DNA from: Candidatus Woesearchaeota archaeon
Lineage (GTDB): Archaea; Nanobdellota; Nanobdellia; Pacearchaeales; GW2011-AR1
Assembly (NCBI GenBank): GCA_964543665.1
Contig: CAZIZL010000010.1
Location: 1-9,654 of the forward strand
Direction: 5' to 3'
DNA: 9,654 nt
The notes beneath the pieces were generated by a model, which was not told the DNA's origin, made no database searches, and saw only the letters and a list, made by a program, of their open reading frames with translations. A program made the position numbers and the translations under genes. This document shows positions 1 to 5,151 of this stretch, one piece after another (position 1 is the stretch's first letter; every line of letters starts with the position of its first letter).

Positions 1-339
1 ATGAAAATGTATTTTGTATTTTTTGCATAAATGAATAACTGCCATGTCCCAGCATATTACTGCATCTACTTTATTTCTTATCTTTTTTATTATCTCCTCA
101 ATTTCCAGGATTTCTTCATTATAGATTATTGAATTCAATGTCAGGTATTTTTTTATTTTCTTTGGCCCGCATAATGCATTTATTTTATCCAAATCTTTTA
201 ATGCAAAATTGCCTGCATTTTTCCTCATTGAAAATTCTTTCAACCCAAAATAAACAGCATCTGCTCCTGCATTTATTGCAGTAATCAGCATTGGAAAATC
301 TCCTGCTGGTGCAAGAAGCTCATATTTTGGTTTTCTCAT
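1..339 (-). CDS. Peptidase U32 family protein, N-terminal 113 codons (gene continues beyond the left window edge)
   Basis: Absent from the supplied ORF track because it runs off the window. The reverse complement of 1..339 is one open frame from ATG (plus-strand CAT at 337-339) with no stop: MRKPKYELLAPAGDFPMLITAINAGADAVYFGLKEFSMRKNAGNFALKDLDKINALCGPKKIKKYLTLNSIIYNEEILEIEEIIKKIRNKVDAVICWDMAVIHLCKKYKIHFH. The pattern ELLAPAG...A...GADAVY.G...F..R....NF......V.TLN matches the conserved U32 N-terminus as I recall it. Confidence 0.75.
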   Translation of the reverse strand, partial: MRKPKYELLAPAGDFPMLITAINAGADAVYFGLKEFSMRKNAGNFALKDLDKINALCGPKKIKKYLTLNSIIYNEEILEIEEIIKKIRNKVDAVICWDMAVIHLCKKYKIHFH

Positions 340-360
340 AAAATCCTTAGTATGATTACC

Positions 361-370
361 TTTAAAAATA
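361..370. promoter_or_regulatory. A/T box TTTAAAAATA, candidate archaeal TATA element between the divergent U32 gene and tRNA-His
   Basis: The centre (~365) lies ~26 nt from the U32 ATG at 339 (minus strand) and ~31 nt from the tRNA 5' end at 397 (plus strand). Both fit the archaeal TATA-to-start spacing. This is a sequence-only call in AT-rich DNA. Confidence 0.35.
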
Positions 371-396
371 CTTTTTATTTGTAAATATTAGGTTAT

Positions 397-469
397 GGCG
401 AATGTAGTATAACGGTTAGTATGTACGGTTGTGGTCCGTGAGAAGAGGGTTCGACTCCCTCCTTTCGCC
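397..469 (+). tRNA. tRNA-His(GUG): tRNA-His, anticodon GTG
   Basis: Hand-folded cloverleaf. Acceptor stem 398-404 (GCGAATG) pairs with 462-468 (CTTTCGC), with one T:T mismatch. D stem 407-410/419-422, with GG in the D loop. Anticodon stem 424-428 (TACGG) pairs with 436-440 (CCGTG). The loop TTGTGGT (429-435) has U33, anticodon GTG at 431-433 and G37. Variable loop is 4 nt (441-444). T stem GAGGG (445-449) pairs with CCCTC (457-461), with T loop TTCGACT. The extra 5' G at 397 (G-1) faces C469 (C73), the tRNA-His hallmark. No CCA is encoded (470-472 = CTT). Confidence 0.9.
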
Positions 470-477
470 CTTAAATT

Positions 478-846
478 TTATTTTGAAACAATTATTTTAG
501 CCTTCATAGTAGGATGAATATCACAATGATATGCATATTCTCCTTCTTCAATAAAGATATATTCTCCGCTCATTCCAGATTCAAGATCTATATCAAACAA
601 CTGACCAACTTCAGAGCCTTCTCTTGCGTCACTTGTTATATCATGCAAAAATGAATCCTGATTTTCCCAGACAACTGTTGTTCCAACTTTTACATTCAGA
701 ACAGAGGGACTAAATTCAAAATTCTTTATTGTCACGTTCTTTATTCCTGCATTTTCAGAAAATGGATTTTTAATCAATATAAATGCTATTAAAAGAATAA
801 CAATAATTATTATTGCAGAGATTAATACACCTCTTGTTTTTTTCAT
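478..846 (-). CDS. Membrane-anchored type-1 (blue) copper protein, amicyanin/plastocyanin-like cupredoxin
   Basis: 122 aa. The N-terminus is a signal-anchor helix (MKKTRGVLISAIIIIVILLIAFILI). The C-terminal YAYHCDIHPTMKAKIIV closely resembles the amicyanin ligand loop YDYHCTPHPFMRGKVVV (C-x2-H-x2-M). The upstream VVWENQDSFLHD supplies the first His. Predicted ligands are H68, C108, H111 and M114. Confidence 0.85.
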   Translation of the reverse strand: MKKTRGVLISAIIIIVILLIAFILIKNPFSENAGIKNVTIKNFEFSPSVLNVKVGTTVVWENQDSFLHDITSDAREGSEVGQLFDIDLESGMSGEYIFIEEGEYAYHCDIHPTMKAKIIVSK

Positions 847-867
847 CTTTCTTTAAGAATATTTTAG

Positions 868-875
868 TATATAAA
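868..875. promoter_or_regulatory. TATATAAA box, candidate TATA element in the divergent cupredoxin/trxB spacer
   Basis: The centre (871.5) is ~25.5 nt from the cupredoxin ATG (846, minus strand), implying a leaderless transcript. In the plus direction it would give trxB a ~48-nt leader containing the Shine-Dalgarno sequence. Confidence 0.4.
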
Positions 876-934
876 TTTTATGTGAAAAATTAGGGGATCC
901 GTAAACTTTTAAAACTTTCATATTCTGAAATATT

Positions 935-941
935 GAGGTGA
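935..941 (+). promoter_or_regulatory. Shine-Dalgarno-like GAGGTGA upstream of the trxB homologue
   Basis: GAGGTGA ends 4 nt before the ATG at 946 and is complementary to the conserved 16S 3' end (..GAUCACCUCC..). Confidence 0.55.
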
Positions 942-945
942 TAAA

Positions 946-1905
946 ATGGAAAAAGATTTTTATGATTTGATTATAATCGGGGCAGGAGGAAGCGGTTTAG
1001 CAGGAGCAATGTATTCTGCAAGACTGGGGCTTAAAACACTGGTTCTTGGAAAAATGAGCGGTTCTGAACTTCCAGTTGGAGGGGTTATTACAACCACTAA
1101 TGTTGTTGAAAATTATCCTGGCTTCAAGAAAATAGGAGGAATGCTTCTCGCAAAGAATTTAGAGGAGCATGCAAGAGATTATGAGCTGGTTACAATAAAA
1201 ATTGAGGAAGCTCTTGAAATTAAAAAAGAAAAGAACTGCTTTATTGTCAAAACAAAGAAATCAGAATACAAGGGAAAAGCCCTTATTTTTGCAACAGGAA
1301 CAAAATGGAAAAAACTTCCTGAATCAATCAAAGGTGCAAGGGAATTTGAGAGAAAAGGAGTTAATTATTGCGCTTTGTGTGATGGCCCTTTATACAAAAA
1401 TAAAATAGTTGGTGTTGTGGGGGGTTCAGATAGTTCTGTGAAAGATGCTTTATTGCTTGCAGAACATGCAAAAAAAGTCTATATTATTTACAGAGGAGAC
1501 AAAATTCATCCAGAACCATTTAATCTTGAAAAAATAAATAGGGCAAGAAACATAGAAATAATAAATAACACAAATATAAAAGAAATAAAAGGAGAGGGGA
1601 AAATTGAGGAGATTATACTGGATAAATCTTACAATGGAAAAAAAGAATTAAAGATTGATGCTGTTTTTGTTGCAATAGGGCATGAAATTCTTTCAGAATT
1701 GGGTGTTGCCCTTGGAGTAAAGGTTAATGATAAAAAAGAAATAATAATCAATCATAAAACCTCTGAGACAAATGTTCCGGGTGTTTTTGCTGCAGGAGAT
1801 GTTACAGACAAGCCATTTAAGCAATTAATTACAGGAGTTGCAGATGCCTGCACTGCTGCTTATTCTGCTTATGAATATTTAGGAAAGGAAAAAGTTGTAT
1901 GCTGA
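946..1905 (+). CDS. trxB: Thioredoxin-disulfide reductase homologue (low-Mr TrxR family) with atypical pyridine-nucleotide motifs
   Basis: 319 aa. It has the FAD GxGxxG motif (DLIIIGAGGSGLAGA), the redox-active CxxC in the canonical context (GVNYCALCDG versus E. coli GVSACATCDG) and the C-terminal FAD motif GVFAAGDV. The NADPH-motif deviations are described in findings. Confidence 0.9.
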   Translation: MEKDFYDLIIIGAGGSGLAGAMYSARLGLKTLVLGKMSGSELPVGGVITTTNVVENYPGFKKIGGMLLAKNLEEHARDYELVTIKIEEALEIKKEKNCFIVKTKKSEYKGKALIFATGTKWKKLPESIKGAREFERKGVNYCALCDGPLYKNKIVGVVGGSDSSVKDALLLAEHAKKVYIIYRGDKIHPEPFNLEKINRARNIEIINNTNIKEIKGEGKIEEIILDKSYNGKKELKIDAVFVAIGHEILSELGVALGVKVNDKKEIIINHKTSETNVPGVFAAGDVTDKPFKQLITGVADACTAAYSAYEYLGKEKVVC

Positions 1906-1929
1906 TTCTCACTGCATTTTATCATAATC

Positions 1930-1937
1930 TTTAAATA
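1930..1937 (+). promoter_or_regulatory. TTTAAATA TATA box for the peroxiredoxin gene (leaderless spacing)
   Basis: Consensus-like archaeal TATA. Its centre (1933.5) is ~28 nt upstream of the ATG at 1962, and there is no SD-like purine run in between. Confidence 0.45.
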
Positions 1938-1961
1938 GATGAAATTTGGTTCATATTTATA

Positions 1962-2525
1962 ATGGCAGAAATAAATCAAAAAGCACCTGAATTTTATGCA
2001 AAGGCATTTTATGAAAACAGAATAAAAAATATAAAATTAGGAGATTATAAGGGAAAATGGGTTATTTTGTTTTTTTATCCTGCTGATTTTACTTTTGTAT
2101 GTCCTACTGAATTAGGAGAATTAGCTGATAATTATGAAACCCTGAAAAATCTTAATGCAGAGGTTTTAAGTGTAAGCACAGATACTGAATTTGTCCATAA
2201 GGCATGGCATGATAATTCTGAGACAATAAAAAAGATAAAATTTCCGATGCTTGCAGATCCTACAGGAGATATATGCAGGAAATACGGAACTTATATTCCT
2301 GAAGAGGGTTTGAGTCTGAGAGGGACATTTATTATTGACCCTGACAGTATTCTGAAAGCTTATGAGATTCATGATAATTCTATTGGAAGAAGTGCAGAAG
2401 AATTAATAAGAAAAATTCAGGCTGCTCAGTTTGTGAGAGAGCATGGGGGAGAAGTCTGCCCTGCAGGATGGAAGCCTGGAAAAGAAACCCTGAAACCAGA
2501 GCTTGAATTAGTCGGAAAGATTTAA
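1962..2525 (+). CDS. ahpC: Peroxiredoxin, typical 2-Cys AhpC/Prx1 subfamily
   Basis: 187 aa. The peroxidatic Cys sits in the signature PADFTFVCPTE (C47) and the resolving Cys in HGGEVCPAGWKPG near the C-terminus. Length and motifs match AhpC/Prx1 rather than the Prx6-like (FTPVCTTE) enzymes common in archaea. Confidence 0.93.
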   Translation: MAEINQKAPEFYAKAFYENRIKNIKLGDYKGKWVILFFYPADFTFVCPTELGELADNYETLKNLNAEVLSVSTDTEFVHKAWHDNSETIKKIKFPMLADPTGDICRKYGTYIPEEGLSLRGTFIIDPDSILKAYEIHDNSIGRSAEELIRKIQAAQFVREHGGEVCPAGWKPGKETLKPELELVGKI

Positions 2526-2532
2526 CCAAAAC

Positions 2533-2541
2533 TCATATAAA
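2533..2541 (+). promoter_or_regulatory. TCATATAAA, candidate TATA box for dph2 (leaderless spacing)
   Basis: The centre (~2537) is ~26 nt upstream of the ATG at 2563. The spacer is only 37 nt and has no SD. Confidence 0.35.
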
Positions 2542-2562
2542 CCTGTTTTCTAAATAATTGCT

Positions 2563-3549
2563 ATGACATTAAACTTTGAAACAGAGTATTTAATTAAAGA
2601 ACTGAAGAAAATAAAACCAAAAAAAGTTTTGGTTCAGTTACCAGAAGGTGTGAAACAGAATGCATTTGAGATTGCAAAGGTTTTCTCAGACATGGGAATT
2701 GAAGCTGTTTTTTCTGGTGAAACCTGCTGGGGAGGATGTTCTATTGGAGTTGAAGAAGCCAAATCATCTGGAGCAGATTTAATTGTTCATTTTGGGCATG
2801 CTAAATTCATAGATGTTGATTTTCCTGTTTTGTATATAGAAGTAAGAGATGAACTGGATTTAATTCCTCTTCTTAAAAAATCCATTAAAGAATTAAAAGA
2901 TTTCAAGAAAATAGGGTTGAGTTATTCAATTCAGCACAGGCATGATGTTGATAAGATAATTAATTTTTACAAAGAAAATGGAAAAGAAATTGTCTTGTCA
3001 AAGAAAAAGGGAATGGTTGCTTATGAAGGGCATATTGTGGGATGTCAGTACAGGGGATTAAAGGAAATTGAAAATGAAGTTGAAGCATTTGTTATTATAG
3101 GAAATAATTTTCATTCAATGGGTGCTGTATTAAGTGTTGCAAAGCCAGTGTTTCTTGTTGATGTTTATAATCATGAAATAAAAAATATGAATGGAGTAAG
3201 GGAGAAAATCCTTAAACAAAGGGCAATATCAATAAGCAAGTTTAAGGATGCAAAGAATATTGGGATAATAACAGAAATAAAGCCAGGGCAGAAATTCGGG
3301 GCTCCTGAGCTTCTTATAAACAAATTAAAATCCGCAGGCAAGAATGTCATCTTAATTACAATGAGTGAGCTTACTCCTGATAAATTAATGAATTTTTATT
3401 ATGTGGATTGTTTTATAGAGCTGGCATGTCCGAGAATTGCAGTTGATGATTATGCAAAATACAGAAAGCCAATAATAACTTTCAAAGAAGCATTGGTAGG
3501 CCTGGGAGAAAAGACATGGGAAGAAATACTGGAGAAGGGAATAATTTGA
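2563..3549 (+). CDS. dph2: 2-(3-amino-3-carboxypropyl)histidine synthase Dph2 (diphthamide biosynthesis, non-canonical radical-SAM)
   Basis: 328 aa, collinear with Pyrococcus horikoshii Dph2 as I recall it (..KRVLIQSPEGL.. versus KKVLVQLPEGV; ..VVVACPRVPLDDYGAWRKPVLTP.. versus FIELACPRIAVDDYAKYRKPIITF). The three cluster-ligand Cys are in the expected places (GETCWGGC, HIVGCQY, LACPR). Confidence 0.9.
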   Translation: MTLNFETEYLIKELKKIKPKKVLVQLPEGVKQNAFEIAKVFSDMGIEAVFSGETCWGGCSIGVEEAKSSGADLIVHFGHAKFIDVDFPVLYIEVRDELDLIPLLKKSIKELKDFKKIGLSYSIQHRHDVDKIINFYKENGKEIVLSKKKGMVAYEGHIVGCQYRGLKEIENEVEAFVIIGNNFHSMGAVLSVAKPVFLVDVYNHEIKNMNGVREKILKQRAISISKFKDAKNIGIITEIKPGQKFGAPELLINKLKSAGKNVILITMSELTPDKLMNFYYVDCFIELACPRIAVDDYAKYRKPIITFKEALVGLGEKTWEEILEKGII

Positions 3550-3585
3550 TTTGTATTAATTCTGTAAGGGTTACACACCATAATA

Positions 3586-3593
3586 TTTAAATA
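3586..3593 (+). promoter_or_regulatory. TTTAAATA TATA box for the 228-aa orphan (leaderless spacing)
   Basis: The centre (3589.5) is ~25.5 nt upstream of the ATG at 3615. It is the same octamer as at 1930-1937. Confidence 0.45.
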
Positions 3594-3614
3594 GTTAATT
3601 TTTATTGAGAAGTT

Positions 3615-4301
3615 ATGGAAGTAGAAGTCGGGATAACAAAATTGAGAGTTTCTCATGAAGGAGGAAAACTTACTTTTCAGTATCCTGCATTTAGGGGAAA
3701 TTATGGAAATGTTGCAAATGCAATAAATAATGATAATTTAAAGAGACCTAATTCTTCAGAAACAGCTTCATTAGTTTATGATGCCTTTAAAAATTCAGAT
3801 GGAAAATATGAATCAGAAATAATAAAGATTCTAAATGACACATTGCTTTGGGAATTTACAGGAAATCTTTATCTTCCAAAATTAAATGAAAAAATAGATA
3901 ATGGTGTTATTCTTGAATATAATCCTAAGATAGAAAATGGAAAATTAATTATGGATAAAAACTCTCTAATAAAGAGATTAAAAGAAAATGATTCTAATGT
4001 TAAATTTGTTCCCTTTGGATTTAAGACAGGAAAGCAAAACTTAATAGAATTACAAAAGAATCCATATATTGTTGCTAGATATGGAAAAGAAGGTGCAGAA
4101 AAAATAGCAGAAATTGCTTCAAAATACAAAAATGAGCCTTATGTTTATAGTTTTGATTCTGTTAATGAAGAAAAAGTAAGAATGTCTGCGTTGTTCAGGG
4201 ACTGGGGCTCTGTCAACAGGTTGATTGTCCTTGGCAACTACTGGTTCAGTGATTACGATGGTCATGCTTTTGGGGTAGACAACACAAAAAAGAATGAGTA
4301 G
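3615..4301 (+). CDS. Hypothetical protein, 228 aa, no recognised domain
   Basis: A long ORF that fills the gap between dph2 and the DsbA-like gene, with its own TATA at leaderless spacing. It has no Cys, no signal peptide and no TM segment. I recognise no family signature. The antisense ORF 3869..4129 is shorter and low-complexity. Confidence 0.7.
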   Translation: MEVEVGITKLRVSHEGGKLTFQYPAFRGNYGNVANAINNDNLKRPNSSETASLVYDAFKNSDGKYESEIIKILNDTLLWEFTGNLYLPKLNEKIDNGVILEYNPKIENGKLIMDKNSLIKRLKENDSNVKFVPFGFKTGKQNLIELQKNPYIVARYGKEGAEKIAEIASKYKNEPYVYSFDSVNEEKVRMSALFRDWGSVNRLIVLGNYWFSDYDGHAFGVDNTKKNE

Positions 4302-4349
4302 GTTTGGCTCGCTTAGGGATTTAACTGAAACCTATTTCACCATAAGGTT

Positions 4350-4357
4350 TTTAAATA
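4350..4357 (+). promoter_or_regulatory. TTTAAATA TATA box for the DsbA-like gene (leadered transcript)
   Basis: The centre (4353.5) predicts a start near 4380. That gives a ~33-nt leader carrying the strong SD GGAGGT at 4402-4407. Confidence 0.4.
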
Positions 4358-4393
4358 TGAATTATGTTTCATATTCATATATTCCTTTCATAT
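4354..4393. repeat. Cluster of TTCATAT heptamers: one inverted and three direct copies, including an 8-bp inverted repeat
   Basis: AATATGAA (4354-4361), then 6 nt, then TTCATATT (4368-4375) form a perfect inverted repeat. TTCATAT recurs at 4368-4374, 4374-4380 and 4387-4393. The left arm overlaps the TTTAAATA box at 4350-4357. Confidence 0.6.
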
Positions 4394-4401
4394 AACTGAG
4401 A

Positions 4402-4407
4402 GGAGGT
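4402..4407 (+). promoter_or_regulatory. Shine-Dalgarno GGAGGT upstream of the DsbA-like gene
   Basis: In GAGAGGAGGTTAAAAATG, the GGAGGT ends 5 nt before the ATG at 4413. Confidence 0.6.
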
Positions 4408-4412
4408 TAAAA

Positions 4413-5141
4413 ATGTCTGAAGAAGATACAATAAAAATAAAGAAAAACAGTTTATGGAAATATACTTCTATAGTTCTATTGCTAGTTATTTTAGTTGGAG
4501 GATTCTTTTTACTTAAGGAAAAAAATGTAACAGATAATGCAGTTATTTCTCCTGGAACCCAGGATCCTGTTAATCTTAATGTATTTACAAATAATCCTGC
4601 TCTCTATCCTTCTCTTGGACCAGAAGATGCAGATACAGTTATAATAGAGTTTTCTGATTTTCAGTGTCCATATTGTGCATTAGCATCTGGATTGCCTGAT
4701 TTTGCAGACCAATATGCAACTCAATATGCTGATTTAATTGACTCAGCAGGAAAAGTCCAGAAAATGGCTGAAGATGGAGATGTAAGATTTATTTATGTTT
4801 CAATGAGCTTTTTGGGAGAGGAGTCAGTTTATGCAGCACAGGCAGGATTATGTGCAAATAATCAGGGAAAATTCTGGGAAATGCATGATGTGATTTTTGA
4901 GACTCATGATGGAAAAGAGAATAACGGAAAATACTCCAAGGATAATTTAAAGAAAATGGCAAAAACAATTTCAGGATTGGATGCATCAGAATTTAACAAA
5001 TGTCTTGACAATGATGAAACACTTGCATATGTTCAGGAAGCCTCAAGCACAGCAGGTTCAATTGTAAGCGGGACACCAACATTTTTTGTAAATGGACAGA
5101 AAGTTTCTGCTTCCTGGAGCCAGATTTCCTCTTTGATTTAA
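4413..5141 (+). CDS. DsbA-family thiol:disulfide oxidoreductase (thioredoxin fold), membrane-anchored, CPYC active site
   Basis: 242 aa. An N-terminal TM anchor (YTSIVLLLVILVGGFFLL) follows a charged N-terminus. It has the DsbA/BdbD-type motif IIEFSDFQCPYCA, the cis-Pro loop GTPTFFVNG near the C-terminus and a helical insertion between them. Confidence 0.85.
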   Translation: MSEEDTIKIKKNSLWKYTSIVLLLVILVGGFFLLKEKNVTDNAVISPGTQDPVNLNVFTNNPALYPSLGPEDADTVIIEFSDFQCPYCALASGLPDFADQYATQYADLIDSAGKVQKMAEDGDVRFIYVSMSFLGEESVYAAQAGLCANNQGKFWEMHDVIFETHDGKENNGKYSKDNLKKMAKTISGLDASEFNKCLDNDETLAYVQEASSTAGSIVSGTPTFFVNGQKVSASWSQISSLI

Positions 5142-5144
5142 TTA

Positions 5145-5151
5145 TTTTTTT
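5145..5151 (+). terminator. T7 run in the 8-nt convergent spacer (oligo-T archaeal terminator candidate for the DsbA-like gene)
   Basis: TTTTTTT lies immediately after the TAA at 5139-5141. Archaeal termination commonly uses oligo-T tracts. The run overlaps the sufC stop codon (5150-5152 on the minus strand). Confidence 0.3.

Noticed and set aside
397-480. tRNA-His as an integration site for a mobile element carrying the adjacent redox genes
   Set aside because: I found no integrase or recombinase gene. By eye there is no second copy of the tRNA 3' segment (for example GGTTCGACTCCCTCC) elsewhere in the window that could act as an att direct repeat. There is no obvious compositional break.
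1202-1408. 68-aa alternative-frame ORF inside the trxB homologue. The same applies to the nested or antisense ORFs 2166..2372, 3450..3656, 3869..4129, 4789..4986, 7425..7619, 8321..8509 and 8860..9108.
   Set aside because: Each is short and nested in, or antisense to, a longer ORF with clear homology or better start signals. Their compositions are those expected from off-frame translation, so I treat them as spurious.
4186-4320. Locally GC-richer stretch at the 3' end of the 228-aa orphan, as a possible embedded RNA gene or foreign insert
   Set aside because: The reading frame continues uninterrupted through it. The GC rise is explained by the amino acids encoded (Gly, Trp, Arg, Ala, Val). 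I could not fold a tRNA-like or other convincing RNA structure beyond the short hairpins reported separately.
4357-4395. Possible 12-codon upstream ORF (MNYVSYSYIPFI*) in front of the DsbA-like gene
   Set aside because: Its ATG lies inside the predicted TATA box, upstream of the predicted transcription start (~4380), so it is unlikely to be transcribed with the gene. The repeats that create it are better explained as DNA-level elements.
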